A DNA stretch of 63,998 nt, counting the filler, from Sphacelaria rigidula (Eukaryota): the NCBI GenBank assembly GCA_964200075.2. It is 4 parts of 4 records of this genome, joined end to end, with 100 filler letters (N's around TTAATTAATTAA, not from the genome) between each part and the next. Parts side by side here need not be neighbours in the genome. Positions count along the whole stretch, not along the records: positions 48,446 to 63,998 come from CAXNAA020001701.1; 3 more parts are not named here. One strand, given 5' to 3'. Below the pieces are notes generated by a model. The model saw only the letters and a program-made list of their open reading frames with translations, made no database searches and had not been told where the DNA came from. Shown here in pieces: positions 53,701-63,998 of the stretch (positions within the stretch are counted from its first letter, which is position 1; every line of letters begins with the position of its first letter). The translations under genes and the position numbers were made by a program.

Positions 53701-56700
53701 ATTGGCGGCATAACGCACCAACATAGTACTCGGCCAATATATACTGAGGTGGCATATGTCGTGGTATATTGTTCGGTCGATATATATTCCACACCGCGAG
53801 CCTTGACATTGGTGACACGATATATTTTTAACTGTCTCTCGTGCCGTCATATAGCTCGCCCAATCTATTCTTATTATTATTCTTTTTCTTTTTCTTATTC
53901 TTCTTCTTATTATTATTATTTCCGCACATAAGTCCGATCTCGCGAACCCGTGGTCACAGACGTAGGCTTGCCTTTCCAATACCGTCCCTGCTATTCCTAA
54001 ACAGACACATTACCAGAATAAAGTTATACATGTATATGTTACATATTGTATTGTCCAGGGTATGCACTGGTGAAACACGTCATCACCTCTGAAGAGCACC
54101 TATCGTTCTCAGCGTGAATAAAAATGGACTGCACCTGAAGGTCCTTTGTTCACTCGAGAGATAATACCTTTTTACCGACAAAGCTTGTGGTTGCCAATTT
54201 GATATTTCTGTGAACGCACTTATGACACTAGTCCCTAGAATTGTATACATTGCCCAATATATGAGAGGACAAGCAGTCCGACTGGAAGCGTGGTTTCGGC
54301 TAGAGCTACTGTAGCGATAATCGAATGTACAGGCGATCGCCCCGGTGGTTGTCACCCTGTAACCCTTTGATGGTTGGGTCGTGGGTTCGAATTTCGGTGC
54401 AGTCATACGGTCTAGGATTTTTCTCACTCCATGCCCAACAGTGGAGAGCGACCATGTCGTGGGTGTACAAAATTCGACTTCACGGTCGACTAGGGAAGAT
54501 GATCGCCGAACCCGTCTCGCGATAAAAATCAAAGAAAGCACCGCAAAAGGAAGGTGGAGTACTAAAATATAAATAATCGAAGTAAAAACTGTTGTGAGGC
54601 CTTTTTTCACTGTGTGACCCCGGCTGATGCACCCACATATTACCGAAACGTGTACACTGGCGTCCAGAACATATAGGATGACAACACACACAAACTTAAA
54701 CTATCCATCACCTGTGAGAAAATGAACAGCACTTGCCAGTATTTGGAGGAATGTTACATGCTTCAGCACCTGGCACCGGTGGATACATCCTTGGGGAATG
54801 TGGGGAGTGTCTGCTTGGGGAGCTCTCGTCACGCGTTCGGTGGTTGGCTTCACCTTTGATGATAGCGGACACGTGCGCATTCTTTGAAAATAAACTAGAA
54901 GCGAGGTTCAGAGCCTGCGAGCGTACAGGGTAGGGCGCTCTTGAAAGGTGCTTATTTCACTTCTTGCGTCGTTTATATTCCCAGGTTCTGGGCAACTTGA
55001 CGTTCACGTTACGTTACGTATGTCACGTTAACAAACGTGAACATTACCTTAACGTTTCATTTAAGACTGTAATGTTACGTTCACGTTACGTTCTGACCTT
55101 GACGGATGCTTCCTCGTATTCACACCCGACACAAGCCTTGGGCACGATTGATCGTCGCCCCGCAAGGCGAGACTGGTTTGCACTCCCACTCTGCAGCCCG
55201 CTCAGACACTTTTGACTTGCTTTTCGTCGGCTTAGCTATAGTTCTGGTGACCAGCGTGCCAGTCATAGATTATACTGGCTTGGCGGCGTTCGCTAGTCGC
55301 GGGGAATGACTTCTTGTGGATACCATTTAGGGGATCAGGATGACGGAACTCCACGACAGTCAGGAAGGTACTGTTTACACCATGATTACTTGCCAACGAA
55401 GCTGATTCTTGTCACTCTGTACTACTGCAGTACACAAAGACGCAATAGCAGAGAGCACGAAACTTGTCGGAGCTGTGATGCCGAAGGCACCTTGATGTAG
55501 CATTTGCAGGCGTGAATGAAAATACGCAGAACGCGAGGATGGTGTGACGGCACTTGGATGTACATTCTCTACAAATCGACCTGTCCACAGCAAATCAAAG
55601 ACGAGTACAATACAGCCACGGTACTCACCTCTAGTACTTGCAAGTAGGTTGTGCCGATCAGCGAAATTGTCTTCATGGACGTTGAGTCCAGCCCCAAGAC
55701 AGTAAGCCTCAGCGGGAGGACCGCCACGACCCCAACGTGCCGCTGCGAACAACACACCGTGGTAATTGACTCGCAGTCAACACAAACTATGGTACAATGC
55801 AGAAACGGAATACTCGTTTGACCAGTCGCTAATCTTCCATGTCTGCTGCGGCGTAATAGTGCCAATGGCAGTCGAGATTTCAATGCATAACAGCAATCCT
55901 CATTCAAGAAACATGGTTCAAGACGCACAGCAGCTCCAGGGCTGTGAATATCACTTGACATTTTGAGACCGATATCGAGCACACTCTCGGGGACTGTCAC
56001 CCCAACGTGTACCTGCCGCCACGTCACTATTGTTTCTAGTATATTTATTATTGGTCTGCAGCATTAAAGCAAGCGTGTTGAATGCTGACAAAAGCAGAAT
56101 TCTCCATATCGGACACAATTGATTTTCCTCCGGAGTAGCAGCAGCACTGACCTGATCTGCTGGACTGGGTAGCAGTGTGCCTTCGATATTGCACAGTCGG
56201 TTATACACCTCATCACCAACGTTCAACACCGTACAGTCCTGTCGAGCCACAGTCGAGAGAAAACGTACGAAGCACACATTAGTTCTTCTTGTCAGATGAA
56301 GAGATCTCAAGCTCCTGGTTAGGTATGGGGCATTTCAGCCGAGCGCATTCCTAGCATACCCATGTTGAAATGCCGCCGCGCTCGGGTGGTTCAAATAGTA
56401 CCTTCCAAGATCAATCAGAGCGGAGTAAAGAGTTCGATTTCCAGCGGATTCACTCGTGTGCATTTGTTTTAAAGAGTGTAGTATCTGATTTCCGCCGTTG
56501 AAAGGGCGAGGGGGCGAGTACGAAATAAACAAAAAAAACTGGGACGAAAGTCGACCCGATGCGGAATCGGGAGTGTTACTCGTAATCCGATTCGCGTTAC
56601 TGATGTGTTTGTCAGCCATGTACCGGGGTAGAGATGGGCTGATACCTCGCGAACTACGGCCTGATGCCGACGAAGGGGCGGAGGTGGGAATACGACGAAA

Positions 56701-56936
56701 AACAAACCCCACGGGGGATGACAGTCCAAAACATGCTGCTCACGTACGTGATTCAGTGGTTTTTCTCCCATTCGGAAATCCGAAAGGCTACATTTTGGGA
56801 CAGGTCAGACCGTAACACACGCTTGACACCTTCGGCGATCTACTGCTGCTGTACAGATAGCCAGCAGCCTTAGAGAGCCTGTGGACCTGTTGCAGCGCTG
56901 GCAGCTGTCGATAAGGCAACATTTTGTGGGGAGCGC
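48892..56936 (-). CDS. Candidate 3' exons of an unidentified gene
   Basis: Three short segments with CAG acceptors, GT donors and compatible phases: 56936-56887 (GAPHKMLPYRQLPALQQ), 56238-56152 (DCTVLNVGDEVYNRLCNIEGTLLPSPADQ, donor GTCAGT), 48987-48892 (DKLVKFYIPQAELPLLSDMKLVDKSPSRIND*). No recognisable homology. Confidence 0.35.
49481..50585. mobile_element. Truncated/nested copies of the same TIR family, one interrupted by a SINE
   Basis: ACACCCTGGACAGTA at 49481 and 50218, followed by CAATATATATTG-type repeats; SINE-like insert at 49552-49905. Confidence 0.6.
49552..49905 (+). mobile_element. tRNA-headed SINE-like repeat, family B
   Basis: TCGCCCCGGTGGCTGAGTCAG (A box)...GTTCGAATCTC (B box); body and CA-rich tail shared with 54337-54692. 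Confidence 0.7.
50936..51884. mobile_element. TIR element of the ACACCCTGGACAAT family, CAATATATATTG-rich
   Basis: Starts ATACCCTGAACAATA, ends TATTGTCCAGCGTGT; many CAATATATATTG palindromes; homologous along its length to 53067-54063. Confidence 0.7.
53067..54063. mobile_element. Second TIR element of the same family
   Basis: Starts ATACACTGGACAATA, ends TATTGTCCAGGGTAT; shares body and ~55 bp of left flank (ACGCGGGTCGATAT...GTTGCTT) with the 50936 copy. Confidence 0.7.
54337..54692 (+). mobile_element. tRNA-headed SINE-like repeat, family B
   Basis: TCGCCCCGGTGG...GGTTCGAATTTC; colinear with 49552-49905 (CAGTGGAGAGCGAC, ACAAAATTCGACT, TGTGTGACCCCGGCTG, ACAACACACACA end). Confidence 0.7.
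56372..56700 (+). mobile_element. tRNA-headed SINE-like repeat, family A
   Basis: GCCGCCGCGCTCGGGTGGTTCAAATAG...GAGTTCGATTTCC; tail TGTACCGGGGTAGAGATGGGCTGATACCTCGCGAACTACGG. Confidence 0.6.
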
Positions 56937-57949
56937 CTGAGCGGCAAACGTTTTTGCGGTCCAAACAAAGAGACCCTTTACGGCAATTTGTGCCCAACCT
57001 TCAGGGCTGCGTCAAATGGAGAGAATGAAATTATCACGACACCTCAGTTGGCTGCTTTTGCTCATAAACTCCCAGAAAACATGATTGCGCCCCGGGGGAA
57101 ATCATGGCCCTCCTTGCTGATGCTGTATGGGAGCTAAAACTACATTCCAGGCATTTGACTGACACTAGATACCCTGGCGTCTTACTTTCCGTACAACTCG
57201 TCTCATTATCAGCTTATGCACCGGGCGATTCTCCGATTCAGTTCGACGTCATCTCCACAGCAACACTCAACCACCATCAGCGATATGTGCGGCGACCATG
57301 TGACACCTGAGACCGCAGATGCATCTCCACGTTTCAGCATGAACAATGCGCAAGGACACAACACATGGCAGTTCATTTGCCGTGACGTACAAGGGAATGG
57401 TCACTCATCAATCCTTTTCTGGTTACCGCAATGGCTTGGTGTAAAGAAAAAACGCTTGAATTGAAGACTCGATATGATAGCGGGCGCTACTGACGACACA
57501 GAACGGAACATAGACCGTCTTTAATGCTGTACTGCACTATCTATACTGGATTTGGTTCGTTGCATCCATTTTCCCAACACGTGCACTGCTGTCATTGCCG
57601 ACAGCTGCATCAGCATTGTTGGCACTCGGGGCCACCAAACCACTCCCAGTACTGACTGTGGAGTATGGTCTAAGGGAGGGTGACGGAGGCGGGAGCTTCT
57701 AACGCTCCAGCAATGACGTGCATGACTACTGCATGATGCACAATGTGTGCAGGGATTGAGTTCGCCTGTTGCTGCCCACGACATGTCGCCATTTTTGCCC
57801 AATTGCACCCCTGATACTACAACAAAAAAGAAAGCTTGAGGCGTGGTGAGCTACTCAAATATGACTCGTTGCGAGGGACACTGTACTGCGGAGAGCTGTT
57901 GGTATGCCCAACTGGTACTCCTAGTCAGGCGTCTGTATGCGTGTGGGGT

Positions 57950-60900
57950 GCTTCGTTGATGCCCGTTGATACAAAATAGCAACCCAGACCGGAACGTTTG
58001 GGAGCAGTGAAGTTGGCTTCGACCTACTACTGTATGTATGCTCACCGTCTGCGGTACAGCAACGCAAGACTTTTCCATATGAGAAATACTCTGCTCAAGG
58101 CACCTTTCACGTGCTTACGGTATGGGCTGCTTCAATGATTGAAGGCCAGCTTCACGTGCGTGTTACATGGCACTGTCAGTACCCCATCTATACCATCTCT
58201 TCCAAGAGGAAGCTGCGGCATCTGTACAACAAGCTCAGCCCCGGCGGAAAATGTGATTGTCCTCGCAGGTTATGCACGTTGGCTAAGCATGGTTTGTTCA
58301 GGGGGAAGAAAGGGTGCAGCGTTGTATCATCAATGTTCCGCAACTTCTTGTAGCTGTTTTGCGTTTTCGCTGTGGACTGCAACGTTGGTTAGTACCGCAA
58401 ACACCTACTCCAGAGGCACTGGAAGCATCGTACAAAGCACTTGGTAAGGTGAAAATATCCTCATACGACTGTGAGAGCTCCTTACAACATCAGTAATGTT
58501 CACTCGCCGTACCGCACATCCAAAACCCCAAAGGAGCAGCTAGACCTGCAGAATAATATCCAACGAACAACTCACCCCGTAGAGATCGTATGTGACGACG
58601 CTGAGCTCCTTGCCATGTCTCGCAACCACAGTCCTGTCATGACAATGTTTGACCAAGATATGAATTAGCTATACGGCCGATGTATACACACACTAATGAA
58701 CAGATCAATGTTGCACCTGGGTGGATTCTCTCAACATACAGCGTTGAACGCCTGTTCGGAGGGTTTAATAGTGATCAACATGACGCTAAGCGGGTTGTGA
58801 TCTGCACAAACGATGCACGTAGCAGCCGACGAAACAGCATTACTGAGATGGCTTGAACAAACGCGAAGGGTCAAGGTTAGGGTTAGGGTTAGGGTCAAGG
58901 TGCGGTATTCATGGATACTAGTATTATAATAACACATACATCAACTGCAAGTACATCAACTGCAAGTACATCAACTGCAACTATGGGCGAAACGGTGACG
59001 AAGCGTGATGAAATAAAACGGAGTTTGTCTTCTCTTGGATGTGTACTAACTCCTGCTACAATTCGCTCTGTGGTGACTTTCATGGTGAAGAGATCATGTG
59101 AAAAGCACTGGAAATGAAGTCGCAGGGTTTCATTGGTGCCACCTACCTCACGACTCGTTGGGAGTCGAAATAAGTTCAACTTCAAGCAACTCGGGCTCGG
59201 AACACGATAAGTGTATTATTTAATACCGCACCGGTTGTACTCTATATACACATCACTGTACACGGCCGCAGGGGTTAGGTAGCCCCTGTGGTTACAGTTG
59301 TGCCCTGTGCTGTTTGAATGTCATGTACGAACAGCACACACAAACGTAACAACGCAGTCGAGGGTTATGATCGACTGCTTATACACCGCCCCATTCCTTC
59401 CGCTATATTCGCAACCCACGACTCCCATGGATCAGCAGATCATCGCCAGAGCTTGAGAAGGTCCCTGCAAATGCAAGTGCCACGATTGCGACGACACACC
59501 GCGTTGACGCCATCGGCGGCGGCGAATACGTGTGTACATCTTCGACTCAACGGCCGATACATGCCGCCCAATTGAGGGCGGACGTACAGCGGTTGTGCAT
59601 GCTGGTTGGTATGAAGCGTCAAGTCTGTCTTGTAAAGAACAAGGGACCTTCAGAGAAGTCGCGGATTTTCTCATTTCTCATGGATTCTCATGTCTGAGTC
59701 GACGCAATACAAGCGCAAGGAAGTAGAGGTGAAGGATTCAAATGACGCTCATGTGTTGCAAGCACTGGCGACGGTAAAAATGCGGGACGAGTGCGAGTAC
59801 GGATCGACGACGAGTATTGCAAGTGGCGAGGCGCACTTGGCTGCCACAACGGCGACAATCGGTAGCATCGTAGACTCGCTCAGTCCACCGTCATGTTCAC
59901 AGAGTATCCACGAGAGTATCATGGGCAAGGGGGGTTGGTTGCTGCCGATAGTAGGACGTGGCGCACGTGGTACAGAGACGGGAACTACTGGTGGGAGTTG
60001 TCCGCGTACGATGGAGCAGCTTTCTGCTGCGCTGTTCATCGGATCATGTACAAGAATGGCAACATCAACACGTGCATCGAGAGCGACCCGCTACATGCAA
60101 CGGAAACTCGGTGTCCTGTTCAGTGGGTGTGATGCATGTCCCTAGTCCTGGGCATCATCAGCCTAACCCCAGGTCAGGTCACTCCCTTTTGAAAGAGAAC
60201 CGATCATTGATTTCGTGTACAACAGATTTGTCGCAAATTTGTTTGATCAACTTCACAAAAACTTGACATGGAACAAGTCAGGGTCTAGATGGTCTGTCCT
60301 CTCGCCTGCAGCATTACTGTTACAGGTCTACGTCAAGTCAGCGACATGCAGTCGTGCGGGTGATGATGTCCCGAGGCTTGTCATTTCGCCACGTTTGTAT
60401 TGCCAGCATACTTTATCGTGAACTGGGATTATTGGTACTTACTTGAGCGAGGTCGAACACTGAAAATCCCATGTCGATTGTCGCTCGCTCGTCGGTGGTC
60501 GCGAGTCAGCACAGTTGGATCATCTTCACAAGGCGGAATTTCTCCCCCCGCATAAGTCGTGCATCGCCTTGAGGACAACAAACGACCATCTCAAAAATCC
60601 AATTCGGGTACCTTCTCAGAGCTCTTGAATCTGCGACAGTACAACCGTCAGACCTGGAGAGAAAAAGAAAAAAAATCTCTGCTACACTTCGCACTGCCCA
60701 CTGAGGACGCAAACGATGACGAAAAACTGCTTTCGCCAGTGTTTCTTTTCGTCCGTAAAAAATATGGGCTAGTCCCGTCGACCCCTCCCATTCACCAAGG
60801 TGATTCGCAAGGTAGGGTAGTTCTTCAGAGGTCTTTTCGCGCAGCCGGGCAGTACCAAGAGTTGGACTACTTGTCAAGCCGTGAGTCATTGCCTCGCCGG

Positions 60901-61090
60901 CACTCGAGGTGAAACGGAGAGGGACTTGGACCCAGCTCATCTGTTTGCCAGTCACGAGATGCTTCAGTTCATGTACCAACTGAGCAGATGTATCCTCGGC
61001 AAGAGACTGGTACCCCTCGCTTCATGTGACGATGTTGTGACGCGAGGATCAAACATATTGCAGCGTCGCTGGGGGCGGATAGGATGAAAA
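57950..61090 (+). pseudogene. Decayed Mutator-like (MULE/FAR1-type) transposase with SWIM zinc finger
   Basis: Frameshifted, stop-riddled fragments in the expected order: LRHLYNKL (~58215), LFCVFAVDCN (~58355-58385), PVMTMFDQD (~58635), MSESTQY (59690), IIDFVYNRFVANLFDQL (~60205), SWIM-like ATCS/RVMMSRGLSFRHVCIA (~60340-60405) and LARRWSR (~60490). Confidence 0.55.
58867..58900 (+). repeat. Short interstitial telomere-like (TTAGGG)n tract
   Basis: AGGGTCAAGGTTAGGGTTAGGGTTAGGGTCAAGG; followed by a 15-bp x3 minisatellite (ACATCAACTGCAAGT) at ~58938-58981. Confidence 0.6.
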
Positions 61091-61154
61091 GGGCGGTGAC
61101 AATGAAGTACCATCCGGCGCACAGCCTCCTTCATGTTTTATTCTAGACAAGCCG

Positions 61155-61223
61155 AGTATGATTAGTATGAGTATGATTAGTATGAGTATGATTAGTATGA
61201 GTATCATTAGTATGAGTATGATT
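61155..61223. repeat. 15-bp minisatellite (AGTATGATTAGTATG)x~4.5
   Basis: Direct reading. Confidence 0.8.
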
Positions 61224-61609
61224 ATCTGCTGTTTACAACACCAAGAACTTCAACGTGGAACAGTAAAATGGCTGGGTCGAGGCGGCAGACATCGGGACCG
61301 GAAAGCGGCCAGCAGTACCCCTTCTCAGGCGTGGATATTCGCTCATCAGGAAAGCCCCACCACTCTGAGAAATATCTCATATAAACCAGGAGCAAGATAC
61401 TAAACGAGCGCTGTATTGCCCTGCCATCGCATGGGTTGCAGGGTTCCACACTCTGCTTGTTCGCGCACAGCACGCGAGTGCAAGACTCGTACACGTCCGA
61501 AAATTGGAGTGAAAGCGGCGGCAGCCGGCGGTGGGACAGCGGCGGTTACCGGCACCGTATCACCTACGACCGCCAGCCACGGAGCGGGGGACGACCAAGA
61601 CGGTTTACG

Positions 61610-62120
61610 GAGCCGATTTTGGTGACGCGAGATGTCCAGTCTGCACTTGATACTGACGACAGAGTCGGCTGATGGCCACTGCGCTCCTCAATACGAGGAC
61701 GCTTTCATGTACGTCCACACAACTCCATGCCCTGTTTTGGCTCACCGACGATCACCTCCTGTGGTGCATCAACAGTAATTCGGGAGTGCACCATGATGCT
61801 ACTCCACACGCGGCGTCTTGGGTGGTGCTCTGACCTTCCCGCTCTGACTGGACATTTCGAAAACGTCGACGGTTTGTCGGGGTCGAGTGGCGGAAATCAC
61901 TTCGTAGTCTGCAGGACGCTCAACTTCCCATCTTTGGTCGGATGGTCACTCAGCCGTCGAACGCTGTAAGAAACAGAAGCTGTCAGCTGTCAGCTGCTTC
62001 TTGACGCAAACCGTTTCATCCGCCACCTCGTGGTTAAAGGCACGAAAACGGGTGCAAACCCACCTTGCAGCAACGGAAATGTGAGCTTTGCCTCTCTTTT
62101 CTTGGCACTTACAACGAAGT
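61610..62120 (+). pseudogene. Possible Ulp1/C48 peptidase-like remnant downstream of the MULE remnant
   Basis: ILVTRDVQSAL (~61617), GGNHFVVC (~61890) and QQRKCE (~62068) fall in the order of the C48 ITxxDLxxL, NHW and QQxNxxDC motifs; heavily degenerate. Confidence 0.25.
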
Positions 62121-63609
62121 AGTAGATTATACAAAAATCAGCGGGAAGTATGCGAGAAGTGTGCAAGGAGAGTTTCTGATCAATACATTCAATACATGGC
62201 ACAGTGCTGAAATCGCCATCGCACACAAGTACATGACATTCCTTGGTCTGCTAAATCATCCGTTTCGTTCCTATTATCTCTACAAACGTAATTTCCGCTG
62301 CTCAGCAATGCACTGAACGCGCATGTCGGGCGATGGACTCGTAGCCCAACGCACACAGAAAGCACTCAGTATGGGGACGTGTGTGAACGAATTGTCGGGC
62401 TCTGCTGCCAGCTTACTTTCTTAGAGCGCCGCAGGCTATGCACACCATGCAGCCCAACGTGCGCTCTGGGACTTCTTTTACCCGCCATCATTCTTTATTT
62501 CGTGTCGACTTTCTCAACAAACATTTCAGTGCAGACATGTGATTGGACAAGAATCACGGTCATGTTTTCTTCTTCATGATACCGTCCTCAACGGCCGACG
62601 TAGTGACGCGATTTTGCCGCGCTCCTTGGTGCATTGCTCGGCGGTGCGGCGGTGCTGCACCCTTGGGATGCCGGAGAAAACAGCGTCGTGATTGAACTGA
62701 AAAGGCTCAAGGCAATCCACGGTGTGGGGCGCATTGTGCGTGAAAAGTGGTGAGAATCTTCAAGCCGTGTTCACCACTCGGTCGATGTACAAAAAAATAT
62801 CGGAAATATGTGGCGTTATGGTGTTAGAGCTTATCTCGGAAACTCATGATGTTGAGCACACGTTTTTAGCAGCCGTTTCAGTGGCCCTCGTGACAGTCCC
62901 GAGCTAATTGCGCAGCTGTTCGTGGTCGTACCACACAAAGCTGGCCGATAAGGATGCACGCACACTCAGTCACACACAACACACGAACGCAGAGATACAC
63001 ACACTCAAAGACACCGCGCGGCGCCCTTGCTGCTGCTGGTGATAGCTCAAGCCGTCTGTCTACACGTGTACGCTGTCCAGTACTGAGGTTACGCAGTGCA
63101 CCTCCTGCTGCCGCAATTGCAATGCTGGCAATGCAGTACCGACAGCATAGAGGCCGTCCGACGTAGCTTCACTGCCCCTGTCCAGACCGCGGCATACAAC
63201 AGCGAATTTCCGGGCCTACACCCGTGACATATTGGTCATAGGTAGCAGCACTGGTGTGGAGTGACATAAAGTTAATGCTGCACTGGCGCGAAGATATGCC
63301 GTTATGGCGGGGAATCAGCGTAGCTTTTCCTTTCTCCGTAAAGTGGGTGAGCATGTCGCCCACGAAACGGACGGTTTATGTTCGGCCGGCACTCGACACG
63401 AGGGCGACAGCACTCATCCACCGGCAGTACGCTCGGTACGAGGCGACCCTGCGTGTCCTTACAACCTTTTTCATCGCTGTTGGGGTCGGCTGTCATGAAG
63501 CATCAACACTGTTTCTTCGAGTCACCCCACGCAGTACGACGGTTTCCAAGGATGGAGTGAAACACCAAACCGGACAACACCCTTCGTGCATGGAGAGAGG
63601 GAGGGAGCA

Positions 63610-63998
63610 AGGTGGTGGTGGGGGGAGGAGGTCGATCGGGTGGAGGTTTTGGCGGGTGTGGTGGCAGCGGCTGCGGTAGGTGTGGGGGCGGCGACGGCGA
63701 CGGGGGCGGAAACGAATGAATAGGCAGAGGCGGAGACAAGTGGTTGTGCTCACGATGTAATGCGGTGAACTGGGCATCGTCCGATGCTATGAAATGCCAT
63801 GTGTGCCTCAGTCCCCGGGCGCCCGAAGTGAGGCATGCCCATGGGGGGTGCGGGGACGGGAGCGGGCATGGAAGCGGCGGGACAAGGGTTTGGGGGCGGC
63901 CACGGTGGAGGGGGCGGCAGCGGCGATCGTGGCGATCGCGGAGGTGAGGGGGGTGGGGGTGGAGGCAGGAGCAATAGCGGCGGCAGCGGCAGCGATGG
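63610..63998 (+). pseudogene. Gly-rich low-complexity segment containing a RanBP2-type zinc finger (exon or pseudogene fragment)
   Basis: WLCSRCNAVNWASSDAMKCHVCLSPR at 63741-63818 resembles the RanBP2 W-x-C-x2-C-x3-N-x(n)-C-x2-C pattern. It is flanked by GGx-rich sequence, with an in-frame TGA just upstream and a possible CAG acceptor at ~63727. Confidence 0.55.

Overview
Eukaryotic, intron-rich, repeat-rich DNA, most consistent with a brown alga or related photosynthetic stramenopile. Supporting signs are a bipartite signal-plus-FVAP plastid-targeting peptide, an intraflagellar-transport gene and TTAGGG repeats. The window is not one locus: it is four ~16-kb contigs joined by artificial 100-bp N44-TTAATTAATTAA-N44 linkers. 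Contig 1 holds the 5' exons of a plastid FabG-like SDR and a 12-exon CDC24-type OB-fold gene, with a TSD-flanked Mutator-like element in one intron. Contig 2 holds a 10-exon, ~1370-aa DUF4470 + C-terminal MYND protein that resembles a mainly fungal family. Contig 3 holds the last six exons of IFT56/TTC26. Contig 4 holds palindromic-repeat TIR elements, a decayed MULE-SWIM transposase possibly carrying a Ulp1-like protease, candidate orphan exons and a Gly-rich RanBP2 zinc finger. tRNA-headed SINE-like repeats and foldback MITEs occur throughout. Gene models were read manually from splice sites and phases; homology calls come from motif recognition, not database searches.
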